From Deltaproteobacteria bacterium (GTDB taxonomy: Bacteria > Desulfobacterota > Binatia > Binatales > Binataceae): a stretch of DNA of 64,000 nt. Positions 11,433-21,215 of the stretch are shown here, in pieces. Within the stretch, counting starts at the first letter, position 1, and the number at the start of each line of letters is the position of its first letter. Made by a program: the position numbers and the translations under genes. The notes beneath the pieces are model-generated. The model was not told where the DNA came from. It did not search any database and saw only the letters and a program-made list of their open reading frames with translations. The DNA lies in NCBI GenBank assembly GCA_027317185.1, contig DAHVFB010000007.1, positions 1,064 through 65,063 of the forward strand, given 5' to 3'.

Positions 11433-13022
11433 ATGCCAGCCGAACGGAAGCAAGTGCTCGATGAGGTTGCGGCTCGTTGGAACGGCAGAGTTCAATTGAG
11501 CCCGGAAGACGGTTCGGAATCGGCTTATCGGCTGGAGTGTGAACCTGCGGAGCTATCGGAGGTTTGCAATTGGTTGTTCTCCGATCTGCATTACAGTTTC
11601 GGCGGTCTGGTAGTCGAGCAACTAACGCGGTGGGAACTGCGGTACGTATTCTATGGCGGGCCGGGAGCGGGCTGGTTGCATGTGCTGACTCATCTAGCTC
11701 CGTCGGATTATCGGGTGCCCAGCGTCAGCAGGCTCGTGCATGCGGCTGACTGGCACGAACGCGAGGTCGAGGACCTGTTCGGGCTGGTCTTCGAGGGGCA
11801 TCCGCGCCTCGGCGATTTCGTACTTCACGACGACGCCTGGCATGAGGGCGTCGCTCCGATGCGTAAGAGCTTCGATGGGCGCCAACCGGTGACGCATCGT
11901 GCGCCCGACCAGAACTGGAAGCCGCGCCAGATCGTCGAGGAGGCGGGAGCGTTCTTGATGCCGATCGGACCCATCTATGCCACCGCAACCGGGCCGGTGC
12001 ACTTTCAGCTTGAAACCGTGGGCGAAGATGTAATCCGCGTGCAGCCGCGCCTCTTCTATGCATACCGCGGGCTGGAAAAGATCGCCGAGGGGCGCCGGGC
12101 TGAGGACGTTCTACTGATAGCGGAGCGTATCAGCGCAACATCAGCATTCGCTCATTCACTCGCGGTCTGTCAGGCCGTGGAGCGTATCTGCCACATGGAG
12201 GTGCCTCCGAGAGCGCGCGCGCTAAGAATATTCGTTGCGGAGTTCGAACGCCTTCGGCATCACGTCGCGGCGATCGAGGGAATCTGTGAATCGACCGGCC
12301 TTGCGGTTGCAGCCGCCCAGGCCTCGATTCTCGAAGAGGACCTGCTGCGACTTTCCTGTGTGCTGACGGGGCATCGTTATCTCTTCGGCCTCGGAACCTT
12401 CGGTGGCTTGACGATCAACCTTGACGATTCGGCCTGCAACCGAGCCGCAGCACAGGTGCGAGAAGTGGCCGAAAAGCTCTCGCGCCTTGAGCGGATGTTG
12501 AGCATATCCAGCAGTTTTCTAGACCGACTGGAGGAGGTCGGCCACGTTTCCGCAGGCGAGGCCGGCGACTTCGGGCTGGTCGGACCGATCGCCCGCGCCT
12601 CAGGTGTCTCGCGGGATATGAGGAAGGCCCAGCCATATTCCGGCTATGACCAGATCGAGTTTGAGGTTCCCCACGAATCGGAAGGAGACGGATACGCACG
12701 GTTGCGTATGTTCTTTCGAGAGGCGGCGCAATCAGTGCGGATCATCTCGACGGTTGGCCAAGCGGTTCCTGGGGGGCAGGTTCGCGCGCCGGAAGTCAGC
12801 TTCAGGCCGGGTGCCGCGCTGGGCTGGGTCGAAGCACCGCGCGGGGCCGCGTTGCATTGGATTCGCCTCGGCGAGGACGGCGTGGTGGATCGCTACCGAA
12901 TCATCACGCCGTCATTCGCGAACTGGCATGGCTTCAGGCTCGCGGCCGAAAACTTTGCGTTTCAGGATTTTCCGATAATCCTCGCGACGTTCGCGCTCTC
13001 AGTTCACGAGAACGATCGCTAG
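11433..13022 (+). CDS. HyfG/HycE-like large subunit (NuoC+NuoD fold) lacking NiFe-binding cysteines (Ehr type)
   Basis: 'WHEREV.DLFG..F.GHP', 'RGLEK', 'E.ERL..H', 'GPIARASG..RD.R', 'VEAPRG'. The L1 site reads ERISATS and the C-terminus reads ALSVHENDR, with no CxxC motifs. Confidence 0.9.
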   Translation: MPAERKQVLDEVAARWNGRVQLSPEDGSESAYRLECEPAELSEVCNWLFSDLHYSFGGLVVEQLTRWELRYVFYGGPGAGWLHVLTHLAPSDYRVPSVSRLVHAADWHEREVEDLFGLVFEGHPRLGDFVLHDDAWHEGVAPMRKSFDGRQPVTHRAPDQNWKPRQIVEEAGAFLMPIGPIYATATGPVHFQLETVGEDVIRVQPRLFYAYRGLEKIAEGRRAEDVLLIAERISATSAFAHSLAVCQAVERICHMEVPPRARALRIFVAEFERLRHHVAAIEGICESTGLAVAAAQASILEEDLLRLSCVLTGHRYLFGLGTFGGLTINLDDSACNRAAAQVREVAEKLSRLERMLSISSSFLDRLEEVGHVSAGEAGDFGLVGPIARASGVSRDMRKAQPYSGYDQIEFEVPHESEGDGYARLRMFFREAAQSVRIISTVGQAVPGGQVRAPEVSFRPGAALGWVEAPRGAALHWIRLGEDGVVDRYRIITPSFANWHGFRLAAENFAFQDFPIILATFALSVHENDR

Positions 13023-13040
13023 TAGGTACGGCTAACCATC

Positions 13041-13811
13041 ATGAGCCAATGGGTAATCAAGGGTCTCAGAACCGGCGTTAAGAGCACCCGCTACCCGCGC
13101 GCCGAGGAAACTGCGGCTGGAATTTCGCCGGGCCTGCCGACTGCCGCGACACTCCCCTTGGAAGTGGCCCAGTCACTCGTGGCGCGTTGTCCGGCCGACG
13201 CTCTTGAACTGGCTCCGGCCGGCGTGGACGTGAACCTGCGCCGATGTATTCACTGCTTCCGCTGCGTGCGTGGCACGAACAGTCCGCTCGGATGGGAACA
13301 CAGCTACGAATGGGCCACCGCAGTTTCGGGTGGCAATGATCAAAAGCGGCAGTTCGGTCCGGCGTTCGATCGATCGGTTCACATCCTCGTGGTCGATACA
13401 GGCGACTGCGGGGCGTGCCTGAACGAGGTCCGACAGCTCAACAATCCCTACTACAACATGCATCGCCTCGGCTTCTTTCTCACTCCAACGCCACGTCATG
13501 CCGATGTGTTGCTGGTAGTCGGAGCGCTGACCGACCACATGCGAGTGCCGCTGCGCAAGGCCTACGACGCGATGCCCAGCCCGAAACGGGTCGTAGCCGT
13601 TGGGGCCTGCGCGCTATCGGGAGGAATCTTTGGCCGCAGCTTTATGTGCGCAGGCGGAGTGGCCGAGCTGCTCCCGGTCGATGTCGAGGTGCCGGGCGAT
13701 CCGCCACCGCCACTCGCGATTCTGCACGGACTGTTGGTTGCGGTTGGCCGGAAACCCCCGGCCCGTTTGCATCGCGCAGTGAGCGACTCGGTGGGGAACG
13801 CGTCGGGATGA
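13041..13811 (+). CDS. HyfI/HycG-like small subunit (NuoB fold) with N-terminal ferredoxin-like segment
   Basis: 'CPADAL...CIHCFRC', 'GDCGAC..E', 'TPRHAD.LLV.G', 'AVGACA', 'VPGDPP'. Confidence 0.88.
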   Translation: MSQWVIKGLRTGVKSTRYPRAEETAAGISPGLPTAATLPLEVAQSLVARCPADALELAPAGVDVNLRRCIHCFRCVRGTNSPLGWEHSYEWATAVSGGNDQKRQFGPAFDRSVHILVVDTGDCGACLNEVRQLNNPYYNMHRLGFFLTPTPRHADVLLVVGALTDHMRVPLRKAYDAMPSPKRVVAVGACALSGGIFGRSFMCAGGVAELLPVDVEVPGDPPPPLAILHGLLVAVGRKPPARLHRAVSDSVGNASG

Positions 13812-15958
13812 CCTCCATGGGCCTGCTACTGGTCATTATCGTGGCGCTGTGCGGCGCCGGCGTGGTTTTGCCGCTGGCCATTGAAGAACGGCGAACGCCA
13901 GCGATCGTGGGCTGGTTCGGAGCGTGCGCGGCGGGCGTCTTGCTCTGCTTCAGCGGAGCCTCACTGTTTGCGGGCGCGCCGTTTCACGCGACGCTGTGGA
14001 CCATTCCATCGCTGGCGACGCTCACGCTGTCACTCGACCGGCTCTCTGCGCTGTTTCTTTTTATTTCAGGCCTGGTCCTGCTTCCCGGTTCGATTTTCGC
14101 GGCTGGCAATCTCCATAGGTACATGGGCCGTTACAGTCTTAGGGCCTTTAGCGTTCTATATTTCGCGCTCTATGCGACGCTGGTGCTGATTCCCCTGTCG
14201 GCCGACGCGGTCTCCTTTCTGATGTTGTGGGAATCGATGTCGATCCTGATCTACCTGCTGGTGAACTACGAAGACGAAATGGAAGAACACCTGCGGGCGG
14301 GATACTTGATGCTGGCGGTTGGCGAGGCCGGCACACTCCTCATCGCGCTGGCGTTCATAGTACTCGCCAATAATGGCTCGCTTGAATTCGTCGCGATGGA
14401 GGCTGGGGGAGGTGCGCTGGGCGAATACGCGCGATGGGCTGTCTTCCTGCTCGCGTTCTTCGGCTTCGGAGTCAAGGCCGGTCTCATCCCGGTTAATTTC
14501 TGGCTCCCGCAGGCGTACGCCGCGGCGCCGGATGCTTTCGTCCCGGTGCTGGCTGGAGCAACCTTGAACCTCGGTCTTTACGGAATCGTCAGAGTGAACG
14601 GTGACCTGCTGCCGGTTGCGGCGATCGGCCCCGGCCTCGTCGCGCTCATCGTCGGCAGCGTTACCGCGCTGCTCGGCATTCTCTACGCGACGACGCAGAG
14701 CGATCTCAAGACCATGCTCGCGCACAGTTCGATCGAGAATGCCGGCATTATCACAGCGGCGCTCGGCGCGGGGTTTATCTTCGTGGCCTTGGCGCATCCG
14801 TCGCTTGCGGCGATCGCGTTTGCGGCGGCCTTCTACCACATGGTGAACCATTCGATTTACAAGGCCCTGTTGTTCTTCGCGACCGGCGCGGTTGATTCGA
14901 ATACCGGAACCCGAAACATCGACCGGCTGGGAGGCTTGATAAAGGCGATGCCTCTCACCGCGTTGTTCTTTCTGGTTGGCGCACTGTCGATCGCGGCGCT
15001 GCCGCCGTTCAACGGATTCGTTAGTGAATGGCTCACGTTGCAGGCGATGCTGCAAAGCGCGGGACTTGCTTCGACTGGCGTGAAAATCGTCTTTGCGCTT
15101 TGCGGCGCGATCCTCGCCCTGACGGCGGCGCTTGCGGTGACCTGCTTCGTTAAGGCGTTCGCGATGAGTTTCCTCGGGATGCCACGGTCTGATTCGGCGG
15201 CGCAGGCCCGGTCGGCGCGAGCCTCGGCGACTATTCCGATGGCATTCCTCGCCGTGCTCTGCTTCATCCTGGGAGTGACTCCGACCTACGTCATTCCGGT
15301 GCTCGACGGAGCTATCGCGCCGATCGCGGAGCAGGCGCGCGCCGCCGACGCCCTGGTGCCACCCTTCTTTGCTGGCAACGTCCATCACGGCGAGCTGCCC
15401 GCATCCTTCGTCGCGGATTTTCACGCGCTTGGCGCGCAAGTCGGGCAGAGCGTAATGCCGGGACGTGGACTCATTGTGATGCATCGCGGCGGCGCGGCCA
15501 ATCCGGTGGTGTTCGCGATGTCCACCACGTACATGGCCGTGGTCCTGGCGCTGATGCTGCTCGCTACCTACGTCGTGTTTCGATTGATTGTCGCGCGAAG
15601 CCGCGCCGTCGAACGGCGCGCGGTCTGGGATGGTGGAATCCGACGCTTGCTGCCGGAGATGACCTACACCGGTACCGGATTCTCGAACCCGGTGCGCGTC
15701 ATCTTCGAAGCGGTATTCAGGCCCACAACCGTGGAAGACACCCGGGAGACGGTCGGCAAGCATTTCCGGGCCGCGATTCGGCGCACGCACGGCGAAAACC
15801 ATGTGCTGGACCGCTTGGTGCTCAATCCGATCGCGGACGCCGCGCTATGGGTATCAAACGGTTTTGCCCGGATGCATCATGGCTTCCTCAATGCCTACGT
15901 TCTCTACGGGCTCATCGCGCTGATTGTGGCGCTTCTGATCGCGAGGTTCTCCTCATGA
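13808..15958 (+). CDS. hyfB: Hydrogenase-4/Ehr antiporter-like subunit HyfB
   Basis: ATG overlaps the previous stop (ATGA); 'GFGVKAG..P...WLP.A...AP', 'LAHSSIEN.G', 'ALPPFNGFVSEW', 'CFVKAF...FLG.PRS'. Confidence 0.9.
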   Translation: MTSMGLLLVIIVALCGAGVVLPLAIEERRTPAIVGWFGACAAGVLLCFSGASLFAGAPFHATLWTIPSLATLTLSLDRLSALFLFISGLVLLPGSIFAAGNLHRYMGRYSLRAFSVLYFALYATLVLIPLSADAVSFLMLWESMSILIYLLVNYEDEMEEHLRAGYLMLAVGEAGTLLIALAFIVLANNGSLEFVAMEAGGGALGEYARWAVFLLAFFGFGVKAGLIPVNFWLPQAYAAAPDAFVPVLAGATLNLGLYGIVRVNGDLLPVAAIGPGLVALIVGSVTALLGILYATTQSDLKTMLAHSSIENAGIITAALGAGFIFVALAHPSLAAIAFAAAFYHMVNHSIYKALLFFATGAVDSNTGTRNIDRLGGLIKAMPLTALFFLVGALSIAALPPFNGFVSEWLTLQAMLQSAGLASTGVKIVFALCGAILALTAALAVTCFVKAFAMSFLGMPRSDSAAQARSARASATIPMAFLAVLCFILGVTPTYVIPVLDGAIAPIAEQARAADALVPPFFAGNVHHGELPASFVADFHALGAQVGQSVMPGRGLIVMHRGGAANPVVFAMSTTYMAVVLALMLLATYVVFRLIVARSRAVERRAVWDGGIRRLLPEMTYTGTGFSNPVRVIFEAVFRPTTVEDTRETVGKHFRAAIRRTHGENHVLDRLVLNPIADAALWVSNGFARMHHGFLNAYVLYGLIALIVALLIARFSS

Positions 15959-15961
15959 AGC

Positions 15962-15990
15962 TTGACCGGCGGTGCGGCTAGACTTAGCTT
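15962..15990 (+). promoter_or_regulatory. Candidate sigma70 promoter for riboswitch #6
   Basis: TTGACC-17 nt-TAGCTT, 9 nt before the aptamer. Confidence 0.6.
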
Positions 15991-15999
15991 ATGGGTACA

Positions 16000-16045
16000 G
16001 GTGGTGGAGTCCACCAGGAACCGCCATCCGGCCAATGACTCCTGC
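16000..16045 (+). ncRNA. Fluoride riboswitch #6 (compact)
   Basis: GGTGGTGGAGTCCACC-aggAACCGCC-atcc-GGCCAATGACTCCTGC, then hairpin CTCCTGCAGCGGGT-agag-ACCCGCGGCGGGAG with no U-tract. Confidence 0.92.
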
Positions 16046-16130
16046 AGCGGGTAGAGACCCGCGGCGGGAGGACTCCTTCCGACTCTCGGGTCTCGAGACC
16101 GCTCCGACGATTGTTGATCGGAGACCGGAA

Positions 16131-16961
16131 GTGCTCGAGCGCCTGACAAAGAATTTCCGAGAACTCCTCAAGCAGTTCGGTGGCGCCTCGTGCTCCCTGT
16201 GCGCCGTATTGAAACGGCGGGAGGAAGAGGAAATCGAGCGAGTGCGCGCTAGCAGTGCCTCGGCCAGAGTCTTGTGCGGCCCGCATCTCGAGATGGTGCT
16301 GTTCGCGGTTGCCAGCCCGATGACAAGGGCGGGAGTGACTCGCAGTGCGATCGAATCGGTCCTCGCCGACCGATCCGATTGCGACGCGTGCTCAAGGCTC
16401 AGCCAAATCGAGCTTAGGCTTGCACGCGCGATCCGCCGTTTGGACGGCGGGATGCGCTTCAGGAAGGCGCTCGAATCGGCGCCGCTTTTCTGCCGCAAGC
16501 ATGCGGATATCGTCGCGCAACAGGATGTCGCGGTTAACTTTGCACAGGTTCAGAGGGCGAAGCTCCTCCACTTACGCGATGCGCTCGCTCAGGCCGAGTT
16601 GCGTAACGGCGCAGAGATGGAATCGCTGATATTGACGGCGCTCACCTATCTGGCCGCTCCTCTTCAGCAAGAACCGCCGCCGGTGGAAGTCCACGATTCC
16701 TCCGATTGCACGGAGAACGAGGCGGCGGAATTCGAGCGATGGGAGGAAGCACGCCAGTTCAAGCATCTGGCCGACCTCGAGAGCGAAGCGGCAGGCCTGC
16801 GCTATCGCAACGCCGTGCTTTCTGAAGAGAACCGCAGACTCAAGCTCGCCCATGTCGCTGGCGAAGCGATCCGGCGCGACCTTGAGCACGATCGAGCACA
16901 GCTCCTCGCCGCGGCGAAGGAACAGGATGCAAAACCGCTGAAGTTTTCGAGCCGACATTAA
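16131..16961 (+). CDS. DUF6062-like Cys/His protein with C-terminal coiled coil
   Basis: Two CxxC...(L/F)CxxH units (CSLC/LCGPH and CDAC/FCRKH). Start moved to in-frame GTG 16131 (GGAGA upstream) because the ORF-track start overlaps the promoter and riboswitch. Confidence 0.65.
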   Translation: MLERLTKNFRELLKQFGGASCSLCAVLKRREEEEIERVRASSASARVLCGPHLEMVLFAVASPMTRAGVTRSAIESVLADRSDCDACSRLSQIELRLARAIRRLDGGMRFRKALESAPLFCRKHADIVAQQDVAVNFAQVQRAKLLHLRDALAQAELRNGAEMESLILTALTYLAAPLQQEPPPVEVHDSSDCTENEAAEFERWEEARQFKHLADLESEAAGLRYRNAVLSEENRRLKLAHVAGEAIRRDLEHDRAQLLAAAKEQDAKPLKFSSRH

Positions 16962-16979
16962 AAAGAGCCAATCACTCAT

Positions 16980-17675
16980 ATGCGAATCTGCATCATTTCA
17001 GACCTGCACGCGAACCTCGAAGCTCTTTCCGCCCTGCCACGCGACTATGATGAGTTGTGGGTATTGGGTGACCTGGTGAACTATGGTCCTGATCCGGCCG
17101 AAACGATCGACTTTGTGCGATCTCACGCGTCAACTGTCATCCGCGGAAACCACGACAACGCGGTGGGATTTGGAACGAATTGTGGGTGCTCGCCTCGATT
17201 CCGCACTATGGCCGAAGCGACGCGCCAATACACGACGTCGGTCCTGAGTGCTAGAGACAAACAGTTTCTTAGGGAGCTACCGACATGCGCCTGCCGCCAG
17301 GTCGACGGGCGGATATTCTTTCTCTGCCACGCGACTCCATCGGATCTGCTCTATGAGTACCGCGCGCCCGACTCGCCGCTGTGGGCGCGGGAAGAGGAGT
17401 CCAGTTCGGGAGCGAATGTCATCCTGGCGGGACACACACATCTGCCGTTCGCGCGCGTCTTTGGCGAACGTATCGTCGCTAATCCAGGAAGCCTTGGACA
17501 ATCGAAAGCAGGAGACCCGCGCGCCCGCTACGCCGTCTGGCAGGATGACCATATTGAGCTAAAGGCCTACGAATATCCCGTCGACAAGACGGTCGAGAAA
17601 ATCTTGGCGCTTCCGTTACCCGAGGAAGTAAAGCACGACCTCGTCTGCGTGCTTCGTACGGGGACAGCGCCGTGA
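16980..17675 (+). CDS. Calcineurin-like metallophosphoesterase (YfcE-like)
   Basis: SDLHAN, LGDLVNYG, RGNHD, GHTH, NPGSLGQ. Confidence 0.92.
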   Translation: MRICIISDLHANLEALSALPRDYDELWVLGDLVNYGPDPAETIDFVRSHASTVIRGNHDNAVGFGTNCGCSPRFRTMAEATRQYTTSVLSARDKQFLRELPTCACRQVDGRIFFLCHATPSDLLYEYRAPDSPLWAREEESSSGANVILAGHTHLPFARVFGERIVANPGSLGQSKAGDPRARYAVWQDDHIELKAYEYPVDKTVEKILALPLPEEVKHDLVCVLRTGTAP

Positions 17676-18667
17676 GTACCAATAGTCATCGAAACACCGC
17701 TCCGGAGCCGGCTGCGATCACGGCTGACGCCGTAAAACTAGGCGATCTGAGACATCACCTCCGATCGCTGCACGATGGAGACGGCGCGGTGATTGAGGCA
17801 ATCGGCATCGGCGCTCCAGCGATTCCGGTCCTGCGGGAACTCCTGTTTGAGCGAGATCCCAGCGGGATTTTCGAGCCGCGGATGCGTGCCGCTCAGGCGC
17901 TGGCCGCGCTCAGAGCCACGAGCGAATTGCAGGAGTTTGTCCGCGAATGGAAATCGGCTTCGGACCCAGTCGAGCGGTTTGGAGACGAAGCGGTGCTGGG
18001 AGCCGTCGCCAGATTTTTGGGCGCCACGATGGAAGAAGACGTCTATGACATCCTGATGGCGATCGGCCGAAAGTATCCGGTGCCGGGCGTTATCGAAGCC
18101 TTAGGGCGATATGGCCGTTCGGAATCGGTTTCAATGATGCTCAGAGCCCTTGCCGATGACATCAGCCGGACCGCGGCGGAACAGGCATTAAGGATCCTCG
18201 GCGAGGCGGGAGTTCCCGCGCTCATCGAGGCCGCCATGCGGCCGGTCGCGAATTTTTGGGGCAGAGAAATTCCATCCAGTGTGCTTAGGCGGCGCAGCGC
18301 GTTAATGCTGCTGCTAGAATTTGGTGTTACGCGCGATACTTGGGACCGCATCCGCAGGTTGGTATCAGACTCAGACGACGAAATTTCGGTCCGTGCATGC
18401 GCAATTGGATTGACGGCGGGCATTCGTGCAGACCAGCGCGACTGCGCGTGGCGGATGTTGGAGTTACTGCGCGGGGTCGCGTGGCCGCTTCATCAGGAAA
18501 TCGAAAACTGCCTGATAGACAATTTCGCAATCGCTCGGGAGTTCGTCGATCAGGCTATCAAAGGACCGACGGACGACATCGCGGATGACTTCGCGCGCGC
18601 CCGATTCAAGCGATCACTCCGTCGGATCGCGGCAAGGGCGTTAACCAGACAGGAGCCCGGGAGTTGA
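17672..18667 (+). CDS. HEAT-repeat-like helical protein
   Basis: Repeated 'R..AA.AL..L' and 'A.PAL..A' units; translationally coupled (GTGA). Confidence 0.7.
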   Translation: MSTNSHRNTAPEPAAITADAVKLGDLRHHLRSLHDGDGAVIEAIGIGAPAIPVLRELLFERDPSGIFEPRMRAAQALAALRATSELQEFVREWKSASDPVERFGDEAVLGAVARFLGATMEEDVYDILMAIGRKYPVPGVIEALGRYGRSESVSMMLRALADDISRTAAEQALRILGEAGVPALIEAAMRPVANFWGREIPSSVLRRRSALMLLLEFGVTRDTWDRIRRLVSDSDDEISVRACAIGLTAGIRADQRDCAWRMLELLRGVAWPLHQEIENCLIDNFAIAREFVDQAIKGPTDDIADDFARARFKRSLRRIAARALTRQEPGS

Positions 18668-21165
18668 CCTCGATGCCGGAAGCAGCGCCGCAGCTCTCCA
18701 ATATCGCGGGTGACGCACTCCGCCACTATGACCATCTCAAACTCGAGATTGCGGCGATCGGGCAAGCGGCGATGCTTCAGTGCGCGAAGGATAAGGACGA
18801 GGAAGGCGAACGCGCTTTCCAGCGGTTGCTGGCGCGATTGGCGGAGGACCGCTTCAACCTTGCTGTGGTGGGTCCTTTCAGCCGGGGTAAGAGCAGCCTG
18901 ATGAACGCAATTCTCGGCTTCGATGGTTTGCCGACCGGCCTTCTTCCGCACACTTCCGTTATCACGACGGTCAGTTATGGACCACACGAACGAGTTCTGG
19001 TTCGCTGCGAGGGGTGGTCGCTTCCCCAGGAGATTCGACTGGATGGGCTCGCGGAGTACGTTACTGAACGCGGAAATCCGGGAAATCGGCGGCGGGTGAT
19101 GCAGGCGGAGATCGAACTGCCCGCTGAGATTCTCCGCCACGGCCTCCATTTCATCGATACGCCCGGTGTTGGTTCCGCGATCGTTGCAAACACCGAGACA
19201 ACGGACCGATTCCTCCCGGAGCTTGATGCGGCGATATTCGTCTCCAGTTTCGATTTTCCGCTCAGCGAGATCGATATCGAGTTTTTCCGAAAGGTTCGCG
19301 GGGCCGTCGGCGTCGTGTTCTTGGTGCTGAACAAACTTGATCTGGTCTCGGAGTCAGAGGCAGAAGAAGTAGTGAGATTCGTCCGCGAACGGCTCGACCG
19401 TGAACTGGGTATTGGGCGCTACGCGCTTTTCGCGGTTTCAGCCAAGCGCGGGTTAGAGGCGAGACTGCATGGAGACTCGAACGCTCTGTCCCAGTCGGGG
19501 TTGACCGAATTGGAAGCGGCGCTGGCGGCGTTCATGGCCGGCGATAAGACGCGCCAGTTGGCCGTGCGCGTGATGGACCGCCTCGTAACCCTGCTGCAAC
19601 GCGAGGTCACGCATGGCGGGTTCTCACTTGATCCAAAGCGGTCGCCTGGGCAGGTCTCCCAAGCCCTCGCCGGGTTCGATGAAAAGACGGCCGTCCTCAA
19701 AGCGCGGCGCGCGGAGCTCGTGAACCGCCTTGAAACGCTTGGCAATGATGCGTTGCGTGCCGTTGAGCGTCGTCTCGACTCCGCGTTCACGAACCTCAAG
19801 CAAAGCGCAGCTCATAAATTCACGCCGGACTTTCTCGCCGGTCGAATATTCTCCAGGCCGAATGCCTTCGATGCGTTCGCGCGCAATGTGCCGGCGTTTT
19901 GTGAGCGCGCTCTCACGCGCGAGTTACGAGTTTACGAGGCAGCCCTGAATGAGCATTTGGACCGGAGCGCCGGTCCGGTACGCTCGGAAATCCTTGCGCT
20001 ACCCGACGAACTCTTCGATATCGCGACGAATGGTAACGGAGGCGCTCGCGAGTTATCAGAGCTCTCCGCACAAGAGCGCGAAGCCGCACCACCATCGGTG
20101 GAAATCGCAGGGATCGCACGCGTCGAGTGGAGACCGCGGCTGCCGTGGTGGATATACCTGGCGCCACTGCGCTGGTCTTCGGCGGCGATGAAAAGAACAT
20201 TTGCCGTTGCGCTCGGCGAGTTGCTCGCGCAGTACCGATCCCGCATCGATGCGTCGATCCGCATCGACATGAACGAATATGCGGAGAAACTGGGCCGCGA
20301 GATTGAAAAAACAATCGACGGTCGAGCGGCTCGCGTCAGGAAATTACTCGCGTCGGGAGGTTTCGCACAGAATCGCAAGGTGTTCGAAGCGCTGCTGGAT
20401 CGGGCCAGAGATCTGCGTGGACAATTTGAAGATAAGGGAGACTGCCGATCGCGGTCTGAGGAGGGCGACCTCGGTGGCTCCGACGCAGTCGCTGCAAGTT
20501 CCGTGGCTTCCGTCGGCAGTGCGCATGGGTGTCCCGTCTGTCGTGCAGTCATCCGGACAGTTTTCGATTACCTGAGCAAGCTGCAATATGAATTGAGCAT
20601 CGACGCCGACGCTCAACACGAACACGCCGAAAGCGGCGGCTTCTGTTCAGTACACACGTGGATTTACTCCAGTATGACCTCGCCGGTAGCAATCTCGCGG
20701 GCCTATCCGCCACTGCTTGACTCGCTTGCCACGCGGCTGAAACGTGCCGCGCGTGATGCGGTCTCGGTCGAAGAACTGAACCGGAAAATCCGCGATCTAT
20801 CGCCTTCGCCGGAGAGCTGTAGAGTCTGCGCGGTCGCGCATCACGCGACCGATCAAGCGGTCACGGATATCGTCCGGATTCTCGACCCAGACGGACGCAG
20901 CGAGGCGCCGACCTTATGCTTGCCTCACTTGGCGATTGCACTTCAGCTCGGATCAGATTTGAAGAGCGCCCATCTGCTATCCACACAATGTGCGCGCGCT
21001 CTGCTCCGGGATGCCGATGACATGCGCCATCACGCTCTGAAGCACGACGCGATCCGGCGAGGCCTGATGACGACGGACGAGCGTGATGCGCATCAGGCCG
21101 GCCTCAGAAGATTGGCCGGCAACATGCTGCTGACATTGCCACCCCGTGGTGATGATCGGCTTTGA
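18664..21165 (+). CDS. Bacterial dynamin-like GTPase with C-terminal DUF6062-like Cys/His domain
   Basis: G1 GPFSRGKSS, G2 P.TSVIT, G3 DTPG, G4 NKLD, SAK; helical stalk; C-terminal CPVC..GGFCSVH..CRVC..LCLPH. Confidence 0.88.
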   Translation: MTSMPEAAPQLSNIAGDALRHYDHLKLEIAAIGQAAMLQCAKDKDEEGERAFQRLLARLAEDRFNLAVVGPFSRGKSSLMNAILGFDGLPTGLLPHTSVITTVSYGPHERVLVRCEGWSLPQEIRLDGLAEYVTERGNPGNRRRVMQAEIELPAEILRHGLHFIDTPGVGSAIVANTETTDRFLPELDAAIFVSSFDFPLSEIDIEFFRKVRGAVGVVFLVLNKLDLVSESEAEEVVRFVRERLDRELGIGRYALFAVSAKRGLEARLHGDSNALSQSGLTELEAALAAFMAGDKTRQLAVRVMDRLVTLLQREVTHGGFSLDPKRSPGQVSQALAGFDEKTAVLKARRAELVNRLETLGNDALRAVERRLDSAFTNLKQSAAHKFTPDFLAGRIFSRPNAFDAFARNVPAFCERALTRELRVYEAALNEHLDRSAGPVRSEILALPDELFDIATNGNGGARELSELSAQEREAAPPSVEIAGIARVEWRPRLPWWIYLAPLRWSSAAMKRTFAVALGELLAQYRSRIDASIRIDMNEYAEKLGREIEKTIDGRAARVRKLLASGGFAQNRKVFEALLDRARDLRGQFEDKGDCRSRSEEGDLGGSDAVAASSVASVGSAHGCPVCRAVIRTVFDYLSKLQYELSIDADAQHEHAESGGFCSVHTWIYSSMTSPVAISRAYPPLLDSLATRLKRAARDAVSVEELNRKIRDLSPSPESCRVCAVAHHATDQAVTDIVRILDPDGRSEAPTLCLPHLAIALQLGSDLKSAHLLSTQCARALLRDADDMRHHALKHDAIRRGLMTTDERDAHQAGLRRLAGNMLLTLPPRGDDRL

Positions 21166-21215
21166 CCCGCTGCCGGTGAGGACAACCCACAAGGGATGAG
21201 CGAGGAAATTGAAGA

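Noticed and set aside
11433..13022. Functional [NiFe]-hydrogenase or formate hydrogenlyase
   Set aside because: The NiFe cysteine motifs are absent, and there are no maturation or fdh genes in the window.
15972..16130. N-terminal 53 codons of ORF 15972..16961
   Set aside because: They overlap a promoter, riboswitch #6 and its hairpin; GTG 16131 is the more plausible start.
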